The notes under the pieces: generated by a model | Told to the model about the DNA's origin: nothing | Database searches by the model: none | Seen by the model: only the letters and a program-made list of their open reading frames with translations | Shown: positions 18,128-27,031 of the stretch, in pieces | How the letters are laid out: every line of letters begins with the position of its first letter | Numbering within the stretch: position 1 is the first letter of the stretch | IMG/VR virus record: IMGVR_UViG_3300031555_006395 | Span: 1-64,000 of that record | Reading direction: 5' to 3' (one strand) | Length of the DNA stretch: 64,000 nt | From: a virus | Lineage: Duplodnaviria; Caudoviricetes | Translations under genes and position numbers: made by a program

Positions 18128-19885
18128 CTAGCGTCTATTTATTACAGGTTTTCTATAAATCAGCTGCGGCAAAAATGCTTCTTGATTAAAGGATTGTAAT
18201 CCACGTTCAATTTCTTTTGCCACATAAATGTTATAACTTAAACTACTGTAGCGGTCTTTTCTCATACCGCTTTTTTCTTTTACGCGAACAACACCATTTC
18301 TGGCTTCATACTCTAAGTTGATTAGTTCGTCAACTAACAAAGTTGTGTGAATATATGGCAATTGGAAATGGTAGCGCTCTTCGTACGGAAGATTTACCCC
18401 CATTTCAGCCAATAGCTCGTCTGTATTTACCTCATGCTCTAATAATTGGATTTTCCCAATTCTAAAAGCCTCACGAAGACCAAGAGCGCACTCTGAATTG
18501 AATGAAGCATTACCTTTAATTGCATATATTTTTTTAGGCGCATTTGGTACCTGGCATCGTTCTGCGATTTCTGGGTTATTAAAACAACTTAATGCCTCAT
18601 ACACAACACCAGTATCTGGATCATATATATCCTTCATTAAAGCCTCAACAACACCAAAACCGATACCGTTTGCATCGATAACGATATAATCGCATTCATA
18701 CTCATCAAATAAACGCCGGATTAATAAAGCTTGCTGATCAATTAGCATTCCTTCGTGATTTTCTGTATAAACAATGCGATTCACATAACGGTTTCTTGAG
18801 GTTGCCACCATGCTATTAATAAAAATGGACGTTGCATCGTTATCTCGTTTTTTCGACGACATAAGAGCAATGTCCGCTGATAAAATTCGCTTTTCATTCT
18901 CCGCTTTACGGGGAATTTCAACCTGTTTTCCTTTAATACCAATACGAAGTTTTTTAGGCAACCACGGATATTTGAGTTGTCTACATTTTGAAATATCTTC
19001 ATAACTGTATAAACTACCATCTGCTTCTGAAAACCAAAGAGCACACATTTCCATCATAAAAGCTACTGCATTAAAATCTGATTCACTCATCTCATCTTCG
19101 ATGGCCTTTTTTAAATACAATCCCTCTTTAATAGCTAATTGATAGGGAAGAGAGCACACAAAATATTTATGTGTATCCTTTACCATATTGGTGCAAAAAG
19201 TTTTAACCTTTTCGAAGGACCAATGGCTTTTATACCAACAAGAGCTCAAATACATTTCTTGGTTTGGCTCTTGCATGTTGTGATATTCAGGCTTTTTGAG
19301 ATATTCTGGATCACGCGCAGAAGTTAGAAACTTCCGGAGAACAGTGTTAATTACACTCGCATCGACCATACGGAATTCATCGATTATCAGTATATTCGCA
19401 CGATTCGATCTAGCATTATCGTTTGCTGTTACAATCTTTATTGTAGATCCATTATGAAATTCCACTTTACCTTTTTCAGTGCTTGTGTTGATATCTTTAA
19501 TTTCCATCCGCAAGTTAGCAGATTTAAACATGAGTTCGTTTTTAATTTTCTCAAGAACATTGGCTGCTTGAGATTTCGTTTTGGAACAGATTACAATTTT
19601 TGTGCCTGGGTACAAGATACATCGTGTAACGGCATAAATTGCAATTAAAAACGATTTGCCTTGACCACGACTGGCCAAATACATAAAATGCGTTGAACAC
19701 ATCATCATATAGATTAAAATCTGTTGGAACAGTTTTAAATCTATTGATAAATAATCTTTTACAAAACGTTGTGGGTTCGCTCTATAAAATGAACACCATT
19801 TTGCAACAGCGTTCATAGTTTTTTTAATTTTTTGCTGTTCAAATTCTTCGGTGGAGATTTTAACGTTGCTTACCATCATAATCAC
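18128..19885 (-). CDS. terL: Terminase large subunit
   Basis: Walker A variant ASRGQGKS, Walker B LIIDEFR, nuclease SADIAL and YIVIDANG, KDRYSS end motif. Confidence 0.92.
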   Translation of the reverse strand: MIMMVSNVKISTEEFEQQKIKKTMNAVAKWCSFYRANPQRFVKDYLSIDLKLFQQILIYMMMCSTHFMYLASRGQGKSFLIAIYAVTRCILYPGTKIVICSKTKSQAANVLEKIKNELMFKSANLRMEIKDINTSTEKGKVEFHNGSTIKIVTANDNARSNRANILIIDEFRMVDASVINTVLRKFLTSARDPEYLKKPEYHNMQEPNQEMYLSSCWYKSHWSFEKVKTFCTNMVKDTHKYFVCSLPYQLAIKEGLYLKKAIEDEMSESDFNAVAFMMEMCALWFSEADGSLYSYEDISKCRQLKYPWLPKKLRIGIKGKQVEIPRKAENEKRILSADIALMSSKKRDNDATSIFINSMVATSRNRYVNRIVYTENHEGMLIDQQALLIRRLFDEYECDYIVIDANGIGFGVVEALMKDIYDPDTGVVYEALSCFNNPEIAERCQVPNAPKKIYAIKGNASFNSECALGLREAFRIGKIQLLEHEVNTDELLAEMGVNLPYEERYHFQLPYIHTTLLVDELINLEYEARNGVVRVKEKSGMRKDRYSSLSYNIYVAKEIERGLQSFNQEAFLPQLIYRKPVINRR

Positions 19886-20930
19886 CTACCTGAAACAGCT
19901 CCTCAAAAGACTCCTCGTCGTCGTTATACTCCGGAGGCTGTACGGTATACTTCTCCAGCTCTTCATCTGACTCGCGCGAATAAGTATTCTTAATACCTAA
20001 CATCCTGCATAAATGACCGAGGAACCAAGACCGAACGTAATGTCCAATCCCATCAACATCTTTCCAAGCTTCATCAGGTTCTGGGATAGGATCGCTATCT
20101 TCCCATTTCTTTATCAGAGTTCCAAAAGTATTTTGATCAGCAATCGCCTTTTCATCTCGCTGAGAAGGCTTTAAATTTGCAGAGCTCAAAAGATCTTGGA
20201 ATGCTTTCATCGCTGAAGCAACATTGCCACCACGTTTCTGTTCTTCCAAAATATTTAGCTGCGCAATACAGATCGTTTTAAATAATTCTTCCTGAGTCTT
20301 AGTAACGCATTCATTTCTGGCAGTCCAATCAATATACTGCTCTGTCATGTACGCATACTGTTCAGGTTTAAATCCATATCCAAAGAAAGATACGGGGTCG
20401 TCAATTGCAGCGCTTTCACTTTCACGAACATGTTCAATGTATCGTTCTGCCGATAGATAAATCTCATCATCGACAGTGTGACCATAAGTTTTTCCTTCAT
20501 ACTTACGGAGACCTAGTACTTTTATGTAGTGAAATATTAATCCATTTTTCTTGTTTTTTGAAAAATTGGAATAAGCAGAATCAAAAGCATCATTATCAAA
20601 ATACCAATCAAATATGCGGCATAACATACGAACTGTTTCGTGTGCATCTTTACATTCAGAATAAAACTGATTATACATATCCTCTACACAGAAATTGCAC
20701 CAATTGATGCGACCATTATTGCCAATAAATAGATGGCTATAACTGGGCGGGAAGTTTTTATCCTGTTCGCTATAAACTCTGCCGCATTTTGAGCACTTGT
20801 ATAAAGCATTTGACGGTATAATCACTTCTTTTACAAGAGTCTTTGTTGTAGGTTGCGGGGCTTTAGGCTTTTTAGGCTTTGATTCTTTCGGCGCCGGCTT
20901 TTTATCGACCAAACTTTTTGGTCTTGCCAT
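19860..20930 (-). CDS. Putative terminase small subunit / Zn-binding packaging protein
   Basis: CxxC pairs, overlaps the terL start, SPbeta-like synteny. Confidence 0.55.
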   Translation of the reverse strand: MARPKSLVDKKPAPKESKPKKPKAPQPTTKTLVKEVIIPSNALYKCSKCGRVYSEQDKNFPPSYSHLFIGNNGRINWCNFCVEDMYNQFYSECKDAHETVRMLCRIFDWYFDNDAFDSAYSNFSKNKKNGLIFHYIKVLGLRKYEGKTYGHTVDDEIYLSAERYIEHVRESESAAIDDPVSFFGYGFKPEQYAYMTEQYIDWTARNECVTKTQEELFKTICIAQLNILEEQKRGGNVASAMKAFQDLLSSANLKPSQRDEKAIADQNTFGTLIKKWEDSDPIPEPDEAWKDVDGIGHYVRSWFLGHLCRMLGIKNTYSRESDEELEKYTVQPPEYNDDEESFEELFQVGDYDGKQR

Positions 20931-20953
20931 ATAATCTCCTTTCGTTCGATACT

Positions 20954-21931
20954 CTAAACTTCAAAAATATCCTTGTTTTCACTTACTTTTCGTTTATCTG
21001 CACGAATATAGAATTTGTTAGTAACATCAGTAGATTGGTGATTCAGTAACGCAGACACATCCTCCAATGACATACCATTATTTTTAAGTAGTGTCGCACC
21101 GGAATGACGAAAATCATGTGGATGTAATGTTGGTACATCAATTAGCTCACCAACACGTTTGCACCATTGCGTTAAGGCACCAACCGAGGCCTGGACATAT
21201 TCATCGCCTTTGCTGACCACAAAAACAAAACCATTATCGTTTATTTGAGCATCTGCTCTATAATGACGAAGATGTTCTAGAAGATCCAATACTTCTTTAG
21301 AAAAATACAAAGTAACCAGATAACCTTCCTTCTCTAAAACATCATTTATCATTCGATTTTGGAAATCAATCATATCCCATTTGATATTATGGATAGCGTT
21401 AATTCTCGCCATGGTAGAAAGCGACAATAGAGCATAGCATTGAATTTGCATGGCGTAATGTTTATTGCTATGGGTATCCACATAGCTCGCAAGAACTTCA
21501 CGCATCAAATCGACTTGTTCTTTTGTTAGAAAGGTTTGAGTAATAATATCTGTATCCTTTTTGGGTCTATCAATAAACTCTGTAGGATTTTCGCTAATGA
21601 TTCGTTTTTTACGTAAAAATTTATAGAACGCAGCGATAGAAGAGATTCGACGTTTCATTCTACGAGAATTGTTTCCCTGCGTTTTACAATAGTAAAGAAA
21701 TTCAGTTATATCGTCCTCATCTAAATCAACAATCGATTGGTTACCTTGGTTATCATAGATATAAATCCACCATTGGGTCAGATCATTATAGTAACCATAA
21801 ATACTCTTAGGGCTTAATTCTCGAAGTGTCATATCAATTTCATACTTCTTCCAAAGCTTCAGTGTTTCTGGATTAATAAGTTTTAATTTTTCTTCATCAT
21901 AAAAACGAATCTTCTTACTTAATTCAGCCAT
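20954..21931 (-). CDS. Tyrosine recombinase (XerC/D-like), catalytic residues intact
   Basis: TMARINA (R), HPHDFRH (HxxR), LLNHQS...KFY (H, Y). Confidence 0.9.
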   Translation of the reverse strand: MAELSKKIRFYDEEKLKLINPETLKLWKKYEIDMTLRELSPKSIYGYYNDLTQWWIYIYDNQGNQSIVDLDEDDITEFLYYCKTQGNNSRRMKRRISSIAAFYKFLRKKRIISENPTEFIDRPKKDTDIITQTFLTKEQVDLMREVLASYVDTHSNKHYAMQIQCYALLSLSTMARINAIHNIKWDMIDFQNRMINDVLEKEGYLVTLYFSKEVLDLLEHLRHYRADAQINDNGFVFVVSKGDEYVQASVGALTQWCKRVGELIDVPTLHPHDFRHSGATLLKNNGMSLEDVSALLNHQSTDVTNKFYIRADKRKVSENKDIFEV

Positions 21932-22024
21932 ATGGACCCCCTTTCTTGATAAAATAAAATAAAGGAGCCTCCGCAGAGACTCCCTTGGCCACAGTCCTCA
22001 CAGGATCTTGCGGCACGATCATTA

Positions 22025-22100
22025 TGGAGCATCCAACAGGAATCGAACCTGCAACCTGCTGATTACAAATCAGCTGCTCTACCAATTGAGCTATAGATGC
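22025..22100 (-). tRNA. tRNA-Thr(TGT)
   Basis: Full cloverleaf, anticodon arm GCTGA-TTTGTAA-TCAGC, encoded CCA. Confidence 0.95.
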
Positions 22101-22139
22101 ATGTATGACCATAAATAATAGTCATATAGGAAATATTTG

Positions 22140-22215
22140 TGGAAGCGTGTAGGGGATTCGAACCCCTGAATGTCTGATAGAAAGTCAGATGTCTTGGCCA
22201 CTTGACTAACACGCC
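22140..22215 (-). tRNA. tRNA-Glu(TTC)
   Basis: Cloverleaf, TCTGA-CTTTCTA-TCAGA, encoded CCA. Confidence 0.92.
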
Positions 22216-22257
22216 ATATATTGACATTAATGATAAAATTAAACTGAGGTGAGAAAT

Positions 22258-22830
22258 ATGGCTCAAAAAGAAAGAATGGAACAGTATCATGCAATTATTA
22301 AGAAATGCCTTAAACTATCCACTACAATTATCGAGATTATCGAAGAAAATGTTCAGCCTATAGAGTTGAATGATGGAGATTCGCTGACGATTTCGAAATG
22401 TAATCTTACCATACTCTTAAGGCAAGAAAAGATTTATTCTGAACTTCAAGCGATTTCTGAAATATTCAAAGACATTAGCAACGATTATGAAGAAAATATG
22501 GAGGGGAGTAATAGGTTAATAAACAATATTCGATTCAACAAATTAAATATTGCTGCCATATTTAACGCATCTATTACTGAATCATTAGCCAAGGAAATAA
22601 AATATTATGATTTACCTGATATAGATGCATTTACCCCTATCGAGATTAAAGGTAAAGAATATAAAACTACAATTGATGATTTGGGTGAGCATAAAACAAT
22701 ACTTTACTCAACAGCAGAAAATGAATGTTTAGTTTGCTTAAAACAATACACACCATACGAGTTATTGCGTATTTTAAATACATTAATTAGTTGTTGTAGC
22801 AACGCAATTGGAAGCAGGGAAACGGATTAG
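22258..22830 (+). CDS. AT-rich hypothetical protein on the opposite strand between tRNAs
   Basis: GAGGTGA site, extended -10 TGATAAAAT at 22231-22239, long open frame. Confidence 0.75.
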   Translation: MAQKERMEQYHAIIKKCLKLSTTIIEIIEENVQPIELNDGDSLTISKCNLTILLRQEKIYSELQAISEIFKDISNDYEENMEGSNRLINNIRFNKLNIAAIFNASITESLAKEIKYYDLPDIDAFTPIEIKGKEYKTTIDDLGEHKTILYSTAENECLVCLKQYTPYELLRILNTLISCCSNAIGSRETD

Positions 22831-22906
22831 TGGGTGCGGCTACAGGATTCGAACCTGTGATCTCCGACTAATGGGGACGGCGAGATGACCACTTCTCCAA
22901 GCCGCA
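22831..22906 (-). tRNA. Atypical tRNA-Met(CAT)-like gene, possibly degenerate initiator type
   Basis: Perfect acceptor TGCGGCT/AGCCGCA, good D and T arms; anticodon loop CC-CAT-TA, T:T mismatch in the stem, C73. Confidence 0.65.
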
Positions 22907-22922
22907 ATACATAAATACATCG

Positions 22923-22945
22923 GGGGAGCTTAATGCTCCCCTTTT
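22923..22945 (+). terminator. Intrinsic terminator
   Basis: GGGGAGC-TTAAT-GCTCCCC-TTTT. Confidence 0.65.
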
Positions 22946-22970
22946 GTATTTGGAGGAAAACACACGAAAA

Positions 22971-23294
22971 CTATTCGTTGAGGAAATCTTTTAAAGCTTG
23001 ACTGGGGCGAAGTACAGGTTCCATTCTAGGGGGGACCACAAAGGTTTCGCCTTTATGCTCACCAAACTGATATACACCGGTACGGGATTTACGCTCTTTG
23101 CAAGTCAAGGTGCCAATACCGTCGAGTTTGATTCCGCCATCTTTAATTGCATCCATCAAGGCGGTACAAAAATCATCATAAATCATTTCGCAATGCTCAA
23201 AGGTAAAGTAAACATCCTGCCCTTTTGCAGCAAAAGCCTGCCGAACATCATGAAGGTTTTCCTGAAAACTTTTAATAAATTCTTTTTTAGTCAT
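22971..23294 (-). CDS. HU-family DNA-binding protein
   Basis: MTKKEFIK start, IKLDGIGTL, RKSRTG...PGE-like arm, PSQALKD end. Confidence 0.85.
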   Translation of the reverse strand: MTKKEFIKSFQENLHDVRQAFAAKGQDVYFTFEHCEMIYDDFCTALMDAIKDGGIKLDGIGTLTCKERKSRTGVYQFGEHKGETFVVPPRMEPVLRPSQALKDFLNE

Positions 23295-23308
23295 ACTCTA
23301 ATACTCCT

Positions 23309-24454
23309 TTAATTCAAATTGACGTCATACAAGCAGTCGATTCCGTCATTATCTACTACCAGAATTATTTGTTCTGGCTCTCCTTTAATTCGATTTGCGA
23401 TACAAAAATTATCAATACCGCTGCAAGATCCGCCCTCTACAACCTTTACTCCAGACGGGCTGCCATAACCGTTTTGATGTCGATGCCCCATGATAATTAT
23501 CTTCGGTTTTTCACCTAACATCATGGTAATACGGTCGGCAACAGTTTTGGGTGTATCTTTATCTCCATGAGTAGCAATACATAGATTATCTCTCACAGTG
23601 AAACACTGAATGCTTTCATCAACCAACCCATCAATAATTGAAATGTTTGGATAGCCTCTGTAATAACATTTGATGTAAAAAGGGATAAGTGAATCAAAAA
23701 ACTCACCCTTAAAATTCTGCTCTTTTTTTGCAGATACCCTAGAATGGTTTCCAGGGACAGAAACAATCTTGATTTCATTAAAATACGGCAAAATCGTCTC
23801 TATAAACTCAACAATATAATTCGACGCCAGCATTACCTGCTGAATTACATTATACCCATTCTCTAGTCTTAAATCCTGATGTATGATACCACTAATCATA
23901 TCCCCACCTAATACCAAGAAACAATTTTCAGATCGGTGTAAAGTGGCAACATCAATTACTTTAGATGCGTATTTTGACAGTCGATACTTTAATATTTCAT
24001 CATTATATTTATTGAAGAAATTATCGATATCGATACCTGTATGTAAATCAGATAGATGAACAATTAAATCATTTTCGGAAGAGGGGAGTGGCGTATGTGT
24101 AATCACGCCGGTTCTGTGGATGTGATTCTCTATGCACTCCTTAATCTGGTCTACAACGTTCTCTTCTTTAGCCTTATCGACAATATGTTTATTGAGTTTT
24201 CGACGTTCATCACGCAACTTGTAGGTTGCTTTCGCCATTACATAAACATCAGTATTTTCATTCGATGGAACACCCTCGCCGATTTCATAAGCTCGATACA
24301 TTTTTCTGTATGTAGACTCATTGCAGTTTCGGTCGAGCTCATCGTTAATGATATCGGCTACATCATACCATGTACCAATATTGGGTTTAGCGGCGCAAAT
24401 ACGAATAATATAATCTACTTCGGATTCGTTTTTTCTTTTGCGAAAATCTATCAT
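23309..24454 (-). CDS. Calcineurin-like metallophosphoesterase with N-terminal helical domain
   Basis: SDLH, GGDMISG, PGNH, THGD and GHRH motifs. Confidence 0.85.
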   Translation of the reverse strand: MIDFRKRKNESEVDYIIRICAAKPNIGTWYDVADIINDELDRNCNESTYRKMYRAYEIGEGVPSNENTDVYVMAKATYKLRDERRKLNKHIVDKAKEENVVDQIKECIENHIHRTGVITHTPLPSSENDLIVHLSDLHTGIDIDNFFNKYNDEILKYRLSKYASKVIDVATLHRSENCFLVLGGDMISGIIHQDLRLENGYNVIQQVMLASNYIVEFIETILPYFNEIKIVSVPGNHSRVSAKKEQNFKGEFFDSLIPFYIKCYYRGYPNISIIDGLVDESIQCFTVRDNLCIATHGDKDTPKTVADRITMMLGEKPKIIIMGHRHQNGYGSPSGVKVVEGGSCSGIDNFCIANRIKGEPEQIILVVDNDGIDCLYDVNLN

Positions 24455-24633
24455 ATATTAGCTTTCCAACTCACTTCCACAGTTACATTGCTATTATTGA
24501 AGTCGGCAAAAAAATTAGCTAATGAGATTGGATCTTCACAATCTTCAACCAAAATGGTCATTCCATTCTCTCGATCAATAGATAACACCCCACTAATTGA
24601 AGTGGAATATGATCTAAGGATTTTACTCATCAA
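24451..24633 (-). CDS. Small YonK-like protein
   Basis: Size, synteny and F-xx-F-N-xx-NV pattern recalled from SPbeta YonK; weak. Confidence 0.45.
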   Translation of the reverse strand: MMSKILRSYSTSISGVLSIDRENGMTILVEDCEDPISLANFFADFNNSNVTVEVSWKANI

Positions 24634-24647
24634 ATTCTCCTTTAACT

Positions 24648-26072
24648 CTAAATTTTTATCGTTGTACTTTTGTTAACGCAAATAACCTTCGATGTACGAT
24701 TCTTTCGACTAATTTCCTCCTGAAGGTCCTTTGCGAACTCTATTTTTCCGTCGAACTCGCCGTGGACGAGAGCTACCTTCTCGCAATATACGTCGCTATA
24801 GTATTTGATTAATGATTCGCGTTGCATATGGCTGCTGAAGGTATGCAGAATCGTAACATTACATCGATTGGCTATTTTTCGGCCGGCGACAGATACATAT
24901 TTCTGAATACCAGTCTTAATTTTTCCTGCTAATGAATCAGGCGGAGCGTATCCGCAGAAAACAATGTGATTGTTAGAATTGGGAATTATTTTTGATGCCC
25001 AATTCAACACTCTCCCTGCTTGCATCATACCACCACACGATAATATGATCATCGGACCATCTTCGCCCTGATATACTTTACTCTGCTCATAGCCTTCAAC
25101 AAATACCAAATTATCCCAAGATAAAACCTTGTTATAATAGCTATCGTCTAGTATGGTCCCATACATTTTGCTTATTTTGACAGCCATAGGACTATCAACT
25201 AATACTTTAACCTTAAAGGATGGATCGTTTCCGTATAAATCATAAATATATGAGAATATATTCTGACAACGATCATTAGCGAAAACTGGGATCAGAATCT
25301 TGCCATTATTCTCAATACACGTTTGCTGAATAATTGAGCTCAACTTCTTTAAATCTTTTTCTCTATCCTTTTCGGTAAATGTTTTCTTTTCTCTGGCGTA
25401 TGTTGTTTCACCAATCAGAACATCGCATTGGTCAACAAACTGAATTTCATTAGCATATTTCTTTTCTATCAAACAATTACCCAAATCACTTGTATATACA
25501 ATCTTCCGGACATGACTTCCAACTTTCAGCCACAAAACAAGTTGGGCGGAATTTAGGATATGTCCGCTGTGAATAAACTGAAACGATATTTCATCGTCCA
25601 ATTGGATACGCTCATTAAATGGGTATTCGTGATAATATGTTAAGCACAAATCTACATCAGAAGAAGTGTACAATGGTTCGTGCTCGTTCCCATCTCTTCG
25701 TTTAAGAGTCTCAACATCCTTTTCGCAAATATAAGCACAATCGTCCAACAAGGCTTTTGCGATCGCCTTATTATGCTCTGGGGCCACTATCTGCGCTGTC
25801 GATCCTTTTTTGTATAAGTATGGAAGCTTTCCAATGTGGTCAATATGATTATGACACACAAAGACATAATCAATTTCCTTCGGATGGTATTTGAGTCGGG
25901 AAAAATTAACTTTGTAATCATGAGCAACTCCCTTACAACTCTGATATAACCCACACTCAAGTAAAATTTGTTTTCCACTAGGAAGCTGAATGTGTATACT
26001 GCTGCCGGTTACATCGCTTGCATTTTCACCTACAAAAGAAATGACTATTCTACCTTTTTTATTTTTCCCCAT
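24648..26072 (-). CDS. MBL-fold beta-CASP nuclease
   Basis: VTGS, ECG, HNHIDH, SGHILNS, SDLG, GETTYA and C-terminal FSSH motifs. Confidence 0.88.
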   Translation of the reverse strand: MGKNKKGRIVISFVGENASDVTGSSIHIQLPSGKQILLECGLYQSCKGVAHDYKVNFSRLKYHPKEIDYVFVCHNHIDHIGKLPYLYKKGSTAQIVAPEHNKAIAKALLDDCAYICEKDVETLKRRDGNEHEPLYTSSDVDLCLTYYHEYPFNERIQLDDEISFQFIHSGHILNSAQLVLWLKVGSHVRKIVYTSDLGNCLIEKKYANEIQFVDQCDVLIGETTYAREKKTFTEKDREKDLKKLSSIIQQTCIENNGKILIPVFANDRCQNIFSYIYDLYGNDPSFKVKVLVDSPMAVKISKMYGTILDDSYYNKVLSWDNLVFVEGYEQSKVYQGEDGPMIILSCGGMMQAGRVLNWASKIIPNSNNHIVFCGYAPPDSLAGKIKTGIQKYVSVAGRKIANRCNVTILHTFSSHMQRESLIKYYSDVYCEKVALVHGEFDGKIEFAKDLQEEISRKNRTSKVICVNKSTTIKI

Positions 26073-26083
26073 TCATAAAACAC

Positions 26084-26692
26084 CTACAAGATTTTATCGA
26101 CTAAGCCTTTTTCAAGCATAGTCTCTGAGTCCATATACCATTCAGACCTCTCCATCTTTTCGTATTCTTCTGCAGTAATTTTTGTATTAGACAAAATATA
26201 CTCTTTAATTCGATGGTCAATCCGTTTATGAAATTCAAAGGTGTCTTTTACTGAATACGAATTACCTTGCAACAAAGTGTCTCCACCGTGCAGAAGGGCG
26301 GTCGAAAATGGGTAACAAACCTTTGTTACGTGTGGGTTTTTGCTTCCGGCCGATAGGAAAATACCACCCATACTATACGCATAACCCATTACCTTAATTG
26401 TGGTGGGCGTTTTTAAGCGGTCAATAACGTCGCAAAAAATCAACCCATCAAAAGTGGAACCGCCAGGTGAACACATAATAATTTCAATTGGCTCTCCGGT
26501 ACCATCCTCATCCATATCTATTAAGGGAATAATGAGTTTTTCAACAATATCGTTAGTAACTGTATCATTAAAAATCAATCGACGCTTTGTGAGTCCAAGA
26601 TAATACTGGTATTCACGTGGCGCAATACTGGTTGGGCTTTCAAGAAGCTCTTCTAACACAGCATCAATATCCATTTCACGCTTACTGATCAA
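26084..26692 (-). CDS. clpP: ClpP-family protease
   Basis: CSPGG, AYSMG (catalytic Ser), LLHG (His), EWYMDSETMLEKGLVDKI. Confidence 0.85.
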   Translation of the reverse strand: MISKREMDIDAVLEELLESPTSIAPREYQYYLGLTKRRLIFNDTVTNDIVEKLIIPLIDMDEDGTGEPIEIIMCSPGGSTFDGLIFCDVIDRLKTPTTIKVMGYAYSMGGIFLSAGSKNPHVTKVCYPFSTALLHGGDTLLQGNSYSVKDTFEFHKRIDHRIKEYILSNTKITAEEYEKMERSEWYMDSETMLEKGLVDKIL

Positions 26693-26703
26693 CTACATTC
26701 CCC

Positions 26704-27009
26704 TTACTTATTTTTTCTTAATTCTTTAATGCGCCGCATAGCAGCAGGATGCTCTTCCATGTAATACTTATGTCTTCTTGCTTTTGACTTTTGTTTACAT
26801 GTTTGCGAAATTGCCACCTTTGGAAATTCTTTGCGAATAACCTCGGCTTCATCTTTGAAAATCTGAATCAAATAATTTCCCTCACTTGTGTTTTTTCTTC
26901 GGAAACAAAAGGCGTTTCCATAAGTGTGTTTTTCCTTTTTTGTCATCTGAACCCAATAAGTATGGGAATTAAACGACAATTCCCCGAAGTTATGGGGTTT
27001 AGCGCACAA
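26704..27009 (-). CDS. Small basic hypothetical protein (start uncertain)
   Basis: Basic C-terminal KSKARRHKYYMEE; a downstream TTG after GAGGG may be the true start. Confidence 0.55.
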   Translation of the reverse strand: MCAKPHNFGELSFNSHTYWVQMTKKEKHTYGNAFCFRRKNTSEGNYLIQIFKDEAEVIRKEFPKVAISQTCKQKSKARRHKYYMEEHPAAMRRIKELRKNK

Positions 27010-27031
27010 TTGTTATCTAAACCCCATAAAA

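Noticed and set aside
18128-18130. Stop-codon reassignment (recoded phage)
   Set aside because: Long genes read cleanly in code 11, TAG and TGA both end real genes, and no suppressor tRNA is present.
21924-22294. ORFs 21924-22112, 22063-22290 and 22091-22294
   Set aside because: They overlap tRNA-Thr and tRNA-Glu.
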